A stretch of 42,758 nt of DNA from Catajapyx aquilonaris (taxonomy: Eukaryota): contig JYFJ02003376.1 of assembly GCA_000934665.2 (NCBI GenBank), forward strand, positions 1 through 42,758, read 5' to 3'. Position numbers and translations under genes: made by a program. Within the stretch, counting starts at the first letter, position 1. Each line of letters starts with the position of its first letter. The notes under the pieces were generated by a model. It was not told where the DNA came from. It was given only the letters and a program-made list of their open reading frames with translations, and did no database searches. Shown here one piece after another: positions 1 to 13,200 of the stretch.

Positions 1-233
1 GTCCATTGTTGCTGCGTCGTATTCAATACGTATTGTTACCACGACGCCTCCGATTGGCCCCCTTCCGAGCATGCGCAGTGAGTGGGAGAACGCCACAGTC
101 GCTTGCTGGACGTCAACGAGGACGCATCATTCTCCTCTCCCGTGAAGACCCCTACTCTACCCTTCCACCTTCCTCCGCCCACATGTTATTCACGGTGACC
201 TCACATCAGGGGAGGGGAAAATGGAAGCCGTAA
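1..233 (+). mobile_element. Fragment of the same Helitron-like family as 11036-13377
   Basis: Positions 1-108 are the approximate reverse complement of 13180-13287. Confidence 0.65.
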
Positions 234-3090
234 ACAAGCCGAACACTGGACTACGGTCGATCGTTGTCTATCGGTGCAGTGGTGCCAAACTGCCAAGTCC
301 GTGGACGTTTAGAAAGCAAAATAATTTCAGTTTTTTAACCTTTTGATGACGGCGGAGTTTTTGAGCCATTGCCTTACCCCAGGGCCTGAGTTCTTTTTCC
401 CCCTTTTCCGGAAATTTGATGAAGAGTGATATTAATGAATAATAATCCGCGGACTGCCCGGATTACCCGGATTACCTATCGTTACCTGAGGGGGGCAGAG
501 GTCAAGTCATAAAATTCCGACCTCACCGATTTTCTTGAAATTTGGTGCAAAAGGGATGAAAAACGCACCTCTGTATCTCTGTATCTTTTGCAGGCCGATG
601 AATGGTCCAAGCACTGGCATCCATAACCCGTCACCTCCACTACAAGCAGAAATCCTGAGTCTCTTGTGTCTATTGCCTCAGAAACGTGTGAAACAGTTAC
701 ATTTTCATTGAAATGATATCAGTTCGTCTAAATCCGTCCATATGCTGGGTACTTTTCTTACCTACACCTTTCTACGTCTCAGGGTAGTCCAGCAGGACGC
801 TGGGCGAGTTCAATCTTCACTCTGTATGTCACTTAATCTTCGTTGCATTAAGCATCGACATGCATTGTTTAGCTCAGAAATCAGCAACGCAGAACAACAT
901 ACCGATCTGTCCGAGGCATATAGACATTGCCTGTTGTTCCACGAGGCACACGAGCCGACGATGAGATAAAAGCTTGCCTCAAGTCTTCTTATCTTTGGAT
1001 TCCTGTCATCAAATTCCATCTCTCTACGAACATGAGTGCCTGAGACACTTGGTGAATACTGCTCACAGGAATTTGCACGTGACCTGTTGAAATATATTAG
1101 GAAATGGCCAGTTTAGAACTGATGCCCTATAGGAAATGTTGACATGGGATTGATCGGTACAAAGGTGTCCTCTGTCGATGAATTAAAATTTAAGGTCTCT
1201 CCCAATATCTGCCTCAACTACCAGAGACACAGTTGGTTGTGAGAGAGAGCAATATTATAGCTCAGAAAAACAACGCCGTCAATCTTATGAACGCACAACT
1301 CCTCAACCAACTACCTGGTCCTTTCCACTGTTACTGGTCTGTGGACACAGTCCCAGACGAGGCCCAGGTTAAGGTGTATTGCAAAGGTCCAAATCAATGA
1401 GTCACTCCTATGGAAAAGTATTTCATAACCCGAGCAACGCCGGGTATCCTGCTAGTCGTTAATATTATGACGTGCGTATATAGGCAGACACATTGTTATA
1501 GAATGATGTAGTGAAATAGACTCGAACACTTGCTAATAACCTTGAAAATGAAGGGCATGACCAGCTTTTAAGAGGGATTAAAAAGAGAAGTGTTCGACTT
1601 GATAACCTTCTGCTTGATAATATTTATTACAACATTCCAGGCGGACCCTCCCGATCGTTTGGATGGACTGGTAACAACAAGCCGATATTCAGCCGTGCAG
1701 TTGCTTTCGCAGGACAGATTTTATTAACAATGTTGACAACTTTGGTGTGGACTCCCGAACATTGAACTGGATTTGTGGTTATTTGGGTTAATTTTGGTTA
1801 ATTGTTCCCGTCATGCGGGAATGTGGGGAAAAATTATTATATATAGGCTATTATTGTGTGATAAACTCGAGCAATAAAAGAGAGAGAAAAAGAAGTTCGT
1901 TTAGGTACAGTGAGTGTTTTTTGTGCAAAGTTGGTACCCATGCAGGAAGGTTCGAGGGGGAGAAGTTGGGCTTTGTTTACTCCAGCAACCACTTTTGAAG
2001 AGAAAAGGTACAATGGTGGGCATAGCGGTCTGGAAATAGCGATCGGTTTCAACATGTAATTTATTAGCACTTTAATGCACTGATTCACAGTCCATTGAAC
2101 ATGTGGGTGACCCTAAAGTCTGGACACATAGGTAATAATGTATACCATTGAACATCACATGTTAATATTGACTTATATGCTTTCCATGCAATAAAATGTG
2201 GCAATTCACTTTGAATGGTGCAGTGCTGGTAGCAATGATGGAATAGTATTATATCCCAACTAGCGCACCCGTAGCCAAAATTTGGCAAAACCTTATCAGG
2301 CCCCATCAAGGCCTGGCCCAGCTGGCTCCTGTAAATGGGTTCTAACTACAATTAGATCCAGAGATCAGGGACCACAGTATATTTTCTCACTTCAATGCAT
2401 ACGACCGGCTCCCCGACTGAACCGAACAATAGACGGACAAACAGGCATTGAATGGGAACGATGCCAGAAAAAGAAATCCAAAAGAAAAACAGGAGGCGAA
2501 CATGAGCGCGTGACGGATACCAGCCCATCCACTTGGCTTCAGGAGAAGGCCCAAGGGGGTAATCACGGTAATGTACTCCGGTGTACACCTGGGAGTGGTA
2601 CTCCCTGGTACTCCTCAGGCACCTCACTCTTTATTACTCCGTGGTACTCCTTGAATTTGGTACTCCAGTGTACACTTTTCAGTCGAGTGATTACCCCCTT
2701 GAGAAGGCCACCTCACAGTGGTTGTCCTCATGCTGAAGGAAGGGGTCGAGGTGGAGGTCAAGGGCTGGAGTGATTGGACCCCGCTTCTCTATGCACCATT
2801 GAATGGCCACCTAAAGTTGGTCCATATTTGGGACTCATAGTGACAAGGTTTTGTCAGTTTGCATTTACTTCGAGCGTTATACCATATAATACCGGGAGTG
2901 TCACAAAGAGTTGATTCGGTTCCTCAAAAATATTTTTTCAATTTGATGTAATACTCGTACTTCTTTGAATATAAAACGGAAAAGAAATTTGACTTCATTT
3001 CCTTTCACAGGAACAGATTCTGAAGCAATACCCTGTCAAGTGGTGAAAGTTTTGGAAGAAGCAGTGGAAGCATAAGGTAACTTATATTAT

Positions 3091-3257
3091 TAGTGCAAAG
3101 CAGATGTGCTGGAAAGCGATGGTTTTAATCTATGACTTTTGACATTCATTATCTGCATGTGTAAACAAAGTTGTATCATTATCAGAGAGATGATTATATT
3201 TTGGGTTCAATGTACACTTTTTAAAGTTATAAATATATTGCTATCACTACTGCAATG
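3091..3257. repeat. Direct duplicate (~165 bp) of the TnC copy 1 3' flank/UTR at 4122-4285
   Basis: tagtgcaaagcagatgtg...tatcactactgca aligns by eye with 4122-4285, with scattered substitutions and small indels. Confidence 0.9.
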
Positions 3258-3562
3258 GCATGTTTCACTCAAGCAAGAATGTTCTGCTGCCTTTACAGAT
3301 GTGGAATGTCTTATGCTGGCTTATGCATAATCTTAGGATAATTTTTGTCACCTGAATAATACTATTACGACCTGACATTTCTGAACGTACGTGCGTGATA
3401 CATAATTTACAAACTTAGCGGTAAATTGATCTGACCAACAGAAAGTATGTGTCAAAAAAAAATTATGTACGAGGTTGTCCAGATTATTTTATTATCACAT
3501 TGTGCGCATGTAAGTAATCACATTTGTTGAATTCAACAGTACAGTTCAGCAGGCAGTGTTCA

Positions 3563-3925
3563 TCAGAAGAAGAAGAATTTTAGTGCCATGCCGCAATAGA
3601 GTATAACAATTGCAGTTCTTTGGCATGTGCGAAACAGACTTGTGTCGAGCCATGGGAAGTACAAGTAGAGTACGGATCGAGCTTGAACCAGTGCCAAGTG
3701 CATGCAGAAAGTGGCCATCAAGTGCAGCATCCAGCGTTGCATCAGTCCAAATGCGACATAGTGCAGCCAATCAGGAAGGACCAGGTGGAGGACCAGGAAG
3801 ACAGCCGCCAGATACAGGCCATAGGTCAACACCTGCGTGATGTAAGACTTGGCGTAATGGACCAGGATTGACAGTGGGGGCTGCCTCCTGGTGTGCACCA
3901 ATTGTATCGAGGCAGTGGAAGGCAT
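3563..3925 (-). CDS. Hypothetical 120-aa hydrophobic (3-4 TM) protein
   Basis: The ATG lies in a CAACA-ATG context like the neighbouring TnC starts. The ORF is more GC-rich than its flanks and has several hydrophobic stretches. AATAAA is on the minus strand at 3488-3493, and there is a possible acceptor (TTGCAG) at 3944. I recognise no family. Confidence 0.4.
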   Translation of the reverse strand: MPSTASIQLVHTRRQPPLSILVHYAKSYITQVLTYGLYLAAVFLVLHLVLPDWLHYVAFGLMQRWMLHLMATFCMHLALVQARSVLYLYFPWLDTSLFRTCQRTAIVILYCGMALKFFFF

Positions 3926-3982
3926 TGTTGCAGCATTTGTCAACTGCAATTGTTAACAGTACCGGTACGTGAGTCATCAGAC

Positions 3983-4056
3983 GTAGTACCACAACCCAAC
4001 ATGACCCTGAGAGTAGCAGAAAATATGCACCATCCGTGTGAGGGGTATGGTACTAC
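3983..4056. repeat. Member of a dispersed ~70-90-bp repeat with GTAGTACCA...TGGTACTAC ends; other copies at 6829-6895, 8408-8495, 9983-10071, 30737-30783, 34893-34965, 35151-35224, 41420-41514, partial at 14959 and 33070
   Basis: Shared cores GACCCTGAGAGTGGCAG and CATCTATGTGAGGG(A/G)TATGGTAC are found in both orientations. Confidence 0.85.
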
Positions 4057-4316
4057 ATGGACAGTTCAGTGGCAATACATTAGCACCAGAAGTCTCAAGT
4101 AAGATGGTACTTACACGACAGTAGTGCAAAGCAGATGTGTGCTGGAAAGCTATGGTTTTCATCTGTGATTTTTGACATTCATTATCTGCATATGTAAACA
4201 AAGTTGTATTTATCAGAGAGCTGATTATATTTCGGGTTCAATGTACACTTTTTAAAATTATAAATATTGCTATCACTACTGCATGTTTTACAGCGTGTTT
4301 GAGCATGGTTGTCAGC

Positions 4317-7300
4317 TTATTCTCCTGTCATCATCTCCATGAACTCTGTGGGAAGAGAGCATTGTTTTGTAAGATTGTGACACTGTCATGTACTCTCTCT
4401 GTGACGTACCGTCAAAGTCGACGGTGCCTGAACCGTCACTGTCGATTTCCTCGATCATGGCGTCCAGGTCAGAGTCGGTCAGCTGGTCATCCAGCTCGCG
4501 CATGATCTCACGGAGACACGAGGTCGGGATGAAACCGTTTCCTGTCAATAAAGGGCAATCAGAATTATTGTTATGAAAGCGGTCAAAGTTCGTACAGCCT
4601 GAAACACATGCTCGATATACGTGTCCAAATTTTTATTCGAAAATCCATCTATTTTTACCTCCGTCCCCCCTTCTGGACCGTTCAGTTGGGCAGAACAACA
4701 CCCTCCATTATGACAACGGTTTCATTATTTCAAACATAAAATGACCATAGAATCGATCAAGACTTGTTGCTATCGATATTGGCCTGACTCATCTTAGATA
4801 TCGATATTGACTTTTACATCGAATATCGATATTGACTTTTATATTGAATATCGATATTGACTTTTACATCGAATATCGATATGGACCTTTATATGGAATA
4901 TCGATATTGACTTTTACATCGAATATCGATATTGACTTTCACATGGAATATCGATATAGACCTTTATATCGAATATTGATATTGACTTTTATATGGAATA
5001 TCGATATTGACTTTTACATCGAATATCGATATTGACTTTTACATGGAATATCGATATAGACCTTTACATCGAATATCGATATTGACCTTTATATGGAATA
5101 TCGATATTGACTTTTACATGGAATATCGATATAGACCTTTATATAGAATATTGATATTGACCTTTATATGAAATATCGATATTGACTTTTACATCGAATA
5201 TCGATATTGACCTTTATATGGAATATCGATATTGACTTTTACATCGAATATCGATATTGACTTTTACATGGAATATCGATATAGACCTTTATATCGAATA
5301 TTGATATTGACCTTTATATGGAATATCGATATTGACGTTTACATGGAATATCGATATAGACCTTTATATCGAATATTGATATTGACCTTTATATGGAATA
5401 CCGATATTGACTTTTACATCGAATATCGATATTGACCTTTATATGGAATATCGATATTGACTTTTATATCAATATCGATATTGATCTGACTGATCGTGAA
5501 TATGGCATTTTCCATCCTAAATATCGATATCTGCAAGTCACAGCTTGAATATCGATATTGACCTGACCCATATTACATATCGATGTCGATTTGTGACATT
5601 CTAAATATTGATATCGGTTTGTCTCGCATTGAATATCGATATCGACATATTGCATATCGATATCGACATATTGCATATCGATATCGACATATTGCATATC
5701 GATGTTGACATATTGCATATCAAAATCGATATCGACTTGTCTCATACTAAATATCGATATTAAGTTGCCTCTTCATGGATATCGATGCTGAAATATCGAT
5801 ATTGAATATCCGTATCGAGCTGGTGCACGTCAAAAATCGATATATTTGATGCATATCGAAAATCGATATCGGGTTGACTAAGGGGTTGACCCATATTGAA
5901 TATCGATGTAGACTTCGCTAATATTACTATCGACTTGTTGCATATCGAAAATCGATTTCGAAATTGAATATCAAAATCGACATGTTCCATCTTGAATGAA
6001 CATATCAACAAACAAGCCGATAAAGCTACTTGGAGAGGAATATCCTATCATAACCGAAGCAGGTTGGTGTAGGGGTTAAGGAGCCAGACTGCTAATCGGG
6101 AGGTCCTGGGATCAAATCCCCGGGCCGGCAACTCTGACCGTGGTTTTCTGTGGTTTCCCACGGTCCCTCCAGGAAAATTCCGGAGTTGTTTCCGTAATTA
6201 ACAGGCCACAGCCGCTTCCTTCCTTCCCTATCCCTTCCCAAAAAGCGAAGCAAAAAGTAAAAAGACAAGAGTTCCTGACAAAAAAAAATTGGGATGAACT
6301 CCCCCCCTAAGAGAGCCAATGGCTCTATCACGGGGTAAATTATTAAATATTATTATTATATTATTAATATCCTATCATATAATAATTATGTGCACAATGG
6401 AACATGTCGATTTTCGATGAATATCTATCTAATGCACAAAAATGGGCCTGTTATTAATAGTTGCGTTGTGTGACCTTCTTTGTCGTAGAGACGGAAGGCT
6501 TCCTTCAACTCCTTGGCCATTCCTTCCGCGTCCTCCTCAATCATGAACCTGGCAGCAAGTTGGCAGAACTCGTCGAACTCAAGCTCGCCCGAACCTATAC
6601 ACGGGTACAACATCGTCAGATTAGAACTAATTTAGGTAAAAATTAAACGCGATTAATATTATACCGTCAGCGTCCACTTCCTCGATGAGTTCTCTGAGGA
6701 TCTTGTCGTTGAAGGCCTGACCCATCAGCCTGAGGATGGTGGCCACCATGTCGGTGGAGATGGAGCCCTTCTTGTCACGATCGAAGCTGTCGAAGGCCTT
6801 GCGCAGCACTGGAAATGTAAGACTCTTAGTAGTACCATATCCCTCACATAGATGGCACTATGCCACTCTCAGGGTCGTGCAAGTAGTGGTACCACATACA
6901 CCTAGCCGAATACACCGGGACAGAGGCAGAGACTAAGACAAATTATACTACAGAGTTGCTAATATTTTAAAGTCAGCAATTAAATGGACATTTAATTAGA
7001 ACGAATCCGAGCGGCAGGAGCAGCCAACGCTAATTGATTGGTCGTAATTAAAAAGAGGAGTTTTCAACTTACTGTCAATTTGCTCCTTGTCAAGTTCATC
7101 CTGCAAAAAAATGTGCAAAATACTGCCGTTATTAAATTATTAATAATTCGTCGGAAACCGGAATTAAAATATGAGTAAATAATTCTAAAATATTACAATA
7201 AATAAGTAGCAGGCGAATAATTGAAAATATGAACAATCTTACATTGTAAATAATTACGACAAATTAATAATAAGCGAATAATATTGACTAATGCGAGTAG

Positions 7301-7991
7301 TGAAATTTTATATGATTGCAACAAATAAAATAATTACTGTGCATAGTAAGTATGACCACTTGAATATATTATGAGCAATTAAATGATAGATGCAGCAAAT
7401 TAATTGTAAGTTAATAATAGACTAACACGAGTAATGTAAGTGAATAATAGTTACAAGAAATTAAGTTTCTTGTAACTTCGTATATACAGTAGGGGAGATC
7501 GGGGTCGGTTGTAACACTTTTTATAGTCAGGATTTTTAAATTCAGTTACATACGCATTTATGCAAATGACATGGTGGAAATAATGCAGCATTCCTTTTCC
7601 TAAAATTGTCATAATAAAATCTTCAGATTAAAAATTGATAGATTTATAAATATTTTTCTAAGGGAAGGCAGTACCCTGTTACAACTGACTCCGATCCCTC
7701 CTATATGAACATGAAATTACCAATTTCATAATTAAAATATTATGATCAATAAAACGCAATTAATTACTAAAACTAGGTTAGGTGGAAACAGGTCCAGTTA
7801 CATGCACAAGAGGGGAAAATCCACGGATTGTTTGCCCCAGCAACCAGTTTGAAGAGAAGCAACCTCTTAGTGCTTTGCTGCTTCTCTTTAAACTGGCTTC
7901 TGGAGCAAACAATCCATAACTTTTCGGCATGTTCGAGCTAATTTGTCACAGGGTTATTAGCTAGTCAATCCTGCAGTAAACTTACCGCCAT
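4317..7991 (-). CDS. TpnC: Troponin C copy 1 (152 aa); complement(join(4317-4345,4410-4541,6475-6594,6665-6808,7073-7100,7986-7991))
   Basis: Spliced translation [76 protein letters not shown]...[15 protein letters not shown]...[20 protein letters not shown]. All introns are GT-AG with consistent phase. The four-EF-hand sequence is typical of arthropod TnC. Confidence 0.95.
4798..5480. repeat. 25-bp minisatellite (ATATCGATATTGACTTTTACATCGA-like, ~27 units) in TnC1 intron 4
   Basis: TCGAT recurs at 4801, 4826, 4851 and onward. Degenerate ATCGAT-rich sequence continues to ~5980, including 21-bp units at ~5634-5735. Confidence 0.95.
6053..6365 (+). mobile_element. tRNA-derived SINE with 14-bp target-site duplication
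   Basis: A-box-like TGGTGTAGGGG, B-box-like GGATCAAATCC and a (TAT)n-like tail. TSD AATATCCTATCATA at 6039-6052 and 6366-6379. Absent from the paralogous intron of TnC3. Confidence 0.88.
7490..7703. mobile_element. MITE with ~27-bp imperfect terminal inverted repeats
   Basis: TAGGGGAGATCGGGGTCGGTTGTAACA ... TGTTACAACTGACTCCGATCCCTCCTA, non-coding interior. Confidence 0.75.
7826..7915. repeat. ~90-bp imperfect palindrome in TnC1 intron 1
   Basis: GGATTGTTTGCCCCAGCAACCAGTTTGAAGAGAAGCA ... TGCTTCTCTTTAAACTGGCTTCTGGAGCAAACAATCC. A related half-copy lies near 1973-2005. Confidence 0.75.
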
Positions 7992-8086
7992 TGTGTTAGA
8001 TAGTATCCGACTCTTCCTCTCAGGTGAGATGAGTAATATTGCCACCAGTTACTTTTCCTAGGTAGAAGTTGTTACCTGGACAACCT

Positions 8087-8280
8087 GAAGGCGACAGAGG
8101 CCCCGCGACACTCTTCCCCTTCCTTTTAAACCACACGCCTTTGGCCTTTGGATATTCTAATTTTGGAATTGTCCACCGCCGTTTTTGTGATGAGTGGTCG
8201 GAATATACATCAAGGTGTGCTCTACACCCCTTCCCTCCCTATCTCCCTCCCTCCCTGCATCATGTTATAGCCGATTGCGG
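8087..8280 (-). promoter_or_regulatory. TnC1 upstream conserved motif block
   Basis: GAAGGCGAC (8087), CTAATTTTGG (8157) and TAGCCGATTGCGG (8268) occur in the same order upstream of TnC3 and TnC4. Confidence 0.6.
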
Positions 8281-9348
8281 TGGATCAAAAAGCACTTTAC
8301 ACTCGATGTAGGAACAAGGAAAAGGGGGATTATTATAGTCGTTGTGACTAGAAACATCTAACATTATTGTGCAATTTGTTTACATAACTAGAGTTAACAC
8401 ACTGCCAAGTACCATATCCCTCACATAAATGACGTTCTGAACACTCCTGCCACTCTCAGGGTCGTACGAGAGGTAGTGGTACTACATGCACCTAGATTAT
8501 GACTCACCCCGGACAATGCGGCTGATGATAGATAGTTGTAATTGCGTTGGTTCCTTCCCTAACTAACTAACTGACTAACAACCAAACAAACAGCCCTGAC
8601 TGACCAACTAACTGACTGATTGACTGACTCACAAAAACATACCTTATTTATAACCATAACATACAAACAAACAAACAAGCAAAGGTACATTCTGCCACTT
8701 TCGTCATGTGAATGGGTTACACAATATTTCCCACAGTTTTTTTGAGCATATGTTGTGGCGAATAGTTTGGTCTACGCTGGTTACAAATGACCCACAGATG
8801 GCGTAACGCCTGATAAACATGACCCCCCCCCCCCCACCACTTAAAAAAAAAACTAAGGTCATGTAACAAAGTGCTGACGCCCACAATAATGACGCCATAA
8901 AATCCATTAAAAATAGGACTTGTTTGTAGCACATCTGACTTGTGAGCATATGTTATTAGCATCAATATTTCTCCATTTGTTTTTCTCTTATTATAAAACG
9001 CAAAGTCTGTTTGCTTGTGTCATGTTATATTAATTCCATATACCCGATATACCCATTTTCAAGCATTTGGCGTCATTTCATACTCACTAAATTTGTTTGT
9101 ATATTTTATACCCATCTTTATTATCAAAGACGATGTTTGTTTGGTTGTTTGTCCATTTTATTTCCATTACATACCCATTTCGTATCTATTTTATACTACT
9201 GTAATTTCATTTGTTTGCCTATTTTATACCAATTTATAAGTTCGTTCGTTCGTTTGTTTGTCCAGGTCTGGTCACCATGGCAACATGCGGGTATTAAAAT
9301 TTGACGGCAGAGATTCAGTAGTATCTATAACTTTTAAATATCCGGTAA

Positions 9349-9544
9349 CTAGAAAAACCCTCGCTTCGCGTCGCTTTTTCTTTCTAGGCCAGATAGTTCC
9401 CCCTCTCACCCACCAGAGGCGCTGCCTCCACCTCATTGCGCATGCGTAGAACTCGACCCAATCGGAAGCTGTGCGGAAGAACAATAACCGCCGGACCAAT
9501 CAGAGATGGCAAAACCAAACAAAGATGAATTTTAATATTATAGA
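9349..9544 (-). mobile_element. Short non-autonomous Helitron-like element
   Basis: The minus strand begins TCTATAATATTAAAA and ends GCGAAGCGAGGGTTTTTCTAG|T, the same termini as the 11036-13377 element. Confidence 0.65.
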
Positions 9545-10294
9545 CTTGTATTTATTTATTTACAAGTATTTATACAAATTCCTGATATTTATATGACTTC
9601 TAATGCTTCTAATGCCTGAAGTGCAACCCATGTCTGCACGCTTCAAGCCCCTGACCTGGATGACTATTTCTGAGAGAGGCCATCGACAACAATAGTCTCT
9701 CCCTGCACATATTCTCCAGAATACAATTTTTGTATAGGGGGCCAAGACGAAGGGAGGAATTTTTCTACCCCCCCCTTCCCCTTATCTAATTTTTGTCTCC
9801 GGGACGTAGTGTCCTTGCCTTGTGATTGACATTCGCTTAGGTCGCTACTGGCACCATGCCTTCAACTCCAGGTGTAATAATAATACCACAGGACGGCAGG
9901 AAACAATGCGGCTGCACCAGCACTACTTCTGCCATGCCATCAACATGAAAAAAAGAGTGTATGAACATAAGCCATGTGCATATAGTACCACTGGGCACGA
10001 CCCTGAGAGTGGCAGTAGTCTGCAGACCTGCTGCAGACGATGCGCCATCTGTATGAGGATAATGGTACTACTGGACAGTCGGTGGCGCGACGAAGTGTCG
10101 GGAGGCGCGGCGTGGCAAAGCCACAATAACGTTCGTTACCTTGCGGCGCAAAACTAACCCACAATAAGCGCCCGCATCTCCACAATTAATTAAAATTAAC
10201 TACAATTTAATTATTAATTGTCGACCACATTTTATTGTTCATTTTTGACAGCAATTTGGCACCAATTGTTACCGAAACTTGTGGCAATATTTTT

Positions 10295-13200
10295 TTACTC
10301 TCCGGTCATCATCTCCATGAACTCTGCAAGAAGATGGTTTTGTTAGTATACCTACACAAAGTGCGATAATTATTGAGAGAGGTCATACCGTCAAAGTCGA
10401 CGGTTCCGGATCCGTCAGTGTCAATCTCCTCGATCATGGCGTCGAGGTCAGCGTTGGACAGCTGGTCATCCAGTTCACGCATGATCTCACGGAGACACGA
10501 TGTTGGGATATAGCCGTTACCTATAGAATGGGGGAAAAAAAGAGGTGGAAAAATTCTCACGGTAGATCTCACGGCCCGTGAAAACAAGTCCGGAACCAAA
10601 CATTGCATGTTTAGCAAATTTCAAAAAAATTTAACTTGTTTGCAATTTATTATTCGAGTGTAAAATAACCACAGAAGGTACTCGGAACATAATTAGTAGA
10701 TTAACTTATGTAATTAATACACGTACATTCATTAATTAATTTGATTTTTATTTTACGTCATTTGGATGACTTCAATTATTTTGTATTCAAATTTATTTTA
10801 ATTTTATTTCGATTGCGATTTCTTCAATTTCATTCAAGTATATTTTTTCATTTTAGTTAATTAATAAATTAACAATTATAAATTTTAATTGTAAACCATA
10901 AACAAGGCCGGGACTAATTACATAAATAAATATTATTTATCAGATTAGTATTCGAAACAATATTGCATGAATAGGTAAAATATGGATGTAAACAATGGGA
11001 CATAAACTACAATCATATTAATTTTATAATAATTACTAGGAAAACCCTCGCTCCGCTCGCCTTTTCCTAGGGCGCAGGCCTAGAAAACCACTCGCTTCGC
11101 TCGCTGTTTTCTAGGCCTGCGGCCTACGGTGTAGGCCATGTTCTTAATGATGCTCACCCAACAATTATCCTCATCATACTCCCCTCCCCCCTCTCTCCCC
11201 CCTCCTTATCATAATATTACGATGTCCTGATGGTTTGTGAATTCAGCCCTCGAGGATGTGCATAGAGAAGGCGAACTTTTCAGTGCCAAACCCGGTTCAA
11301 TATGCTCCTGCCATCTCTTGGATTGTGACTCAAGTACCATGGCAACTCCAGATCCCCCCCTCCCCCCTGTTCCCGCCAAGTTGAGTCGTTTATGCCAAGG
11401 TCACGCTGCTCCCACGTGATCGCTTATGTAAACATGTTACCTCAGTACAGGGTTCCCCGTAAAGGATGGACTCTGGGAGTTTGTTTTTTAAGTTACCCCG
11501 TGATAAGGCGGAGCCTTTTTAGGGGGGTGGAATACCACCATTTCACTCCATTTTTCTATATTTTAACTTCAATATCCAGTGCAAGGCGTCAAGGATGTAG
11601 GGTAGGGGTAGGGATTTTTGGGGCTCAGGGAACATAGGTGCAAGTGCAAGATCTGTAAAGGGGCTATGTTCTGTTCCCCAGGAGGTTAGGTTGCCAGACA
11701 CCTCCAATAAGGTACAGGTCAGAGACCCTCCTGATGCAGGTGAAAGGAAAGTTCCCCAGGCGGGGATCGAACCTGGGGCCTTACACTCAGCAAGCCGAGA
11801 CCTTACCATCTCGGCCATCTACACCTCCCCGACCCTTGGGAGTTTATCATAGTACAGTGTTGTGGTAATATTATGTAACCATAAGAACAATGTACCATAG
11901 TCACTGAGTAACCTTGTGAGGCCTATCGACTTCCTGAGAGCCGGACGATTCTGAAAAGTTTATTATGCGGGACACCCTGTATATGAATTTTTCTCCGGCA
12001 TTTTACAATCAAAAGGACCACCACGAATTTAAATGATTAATTTTGGCGCAAAGTAGTTATTCATTAATATCACTCCTACATGGAATTTTGAACAAAAAGA
12101 AGGAAAGAGACGGCCCAAAAACCTGCCAAAAACTTGTGAAATGGTTAAGGGTGCGCAATTTGAAAATACAGTTCCCATATGTGGTTCCAATGATGGCTGT
12201 GATTCAAGGTGGCGAACAGAGCTTACCCAGTGTTTATACAATAATACAGCTGGGCGACCCTACAGTCTGTACTACACATAGGTACACTGTACTCCCGATT
12301 ATTATCCAAGCTAATGACTGCACGGGTGTTGCCAGATAATTGGGAAACACGGACAATCGGAAAATGGTCCTGGAAAGGGAGCTATTCACAGGTTGTTGAT
12401 GTACTACTGTACAAAGAGCATGCTGCTTGCTTGGTTAATCCAAAAAATAAAACTAACCATAGATTATTTTTTACTTTGCCTTCTAGAGTAAGTATGGTAT
12501 TTTTTTTTCGTTGGTGAGACATTGATATTGATATTGGGTGGAATTTCCGTACCACTGCTAAGTTATCAGTATGCGCTATCTAGCAGTGGGACAAAAATTC
12601 GAGACAATTTTTCGGACGTAAATGTTTATATTATGGCGATGCACGTATTATCCGCACCCTGATATAATCGGGAGTACAGTGTAATTGGATTCTATTGTTG
12701 GTTGCCAGTTGTGCCAACTCAATAACCTGACTGTATGTAAACAACCTGCCAGTTGGCACCATCACTATGGAAGACCAACAATATAGTACGTTCCAGGCTA
12801 ATAATTCGAACGCGTGATATTTGCAACCCGCCTTCTTACGTTCGATTCTACTCATTCGACGGTAGTCAGGTTCCGACACTGGACCGAAAGAAGTGCCTCG
12901 AAGACAGTGAACTGTACTTCCCATCTATGAAAGCACCGCGCATGGGTAGGCCTACGCGCGCACATCCAAAGCAGTCCGATCAGTAGGCCTAATTGTAAGG
13001 TTAGAATTTCGAACTTACATTTCTCCAGGCCAGTGCATACGGCCATTCTTCAATAACCAGCAGCGACTCGCGGCGAAGGGGGGGCAGGCAGACTGGGTGG
13101 GTAAGGGGTACAGGTCCTGCAGGTGACGATGACGGGAGCGGGAGAGACGAAAAAAAGCAACCTTCTCCCAAGGAGATCAGCAGGCAACTGGACGTGTTCC

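Noticed and set aside
590..1400. Possible exons of another gene or a retroelement remnant
   Set aside because: Candidate splice sites exist, but the frames I tried close quickly and give no recognisable protein.
2282..2773. 163-aa ORF
   Set aside because: Non-ATG start, low-complexity GTACTCC repeats, and no domain or splice support.
4798..5480. CRISPR-like array or repetitive ORFs (NIDIDFY..., DIDMQYV...)
   Set aside because: Head-to-tail minisatellite without unique spacers, in a eukaryotic intron, with no cas genes. The ORFs are by-products of the repeat.
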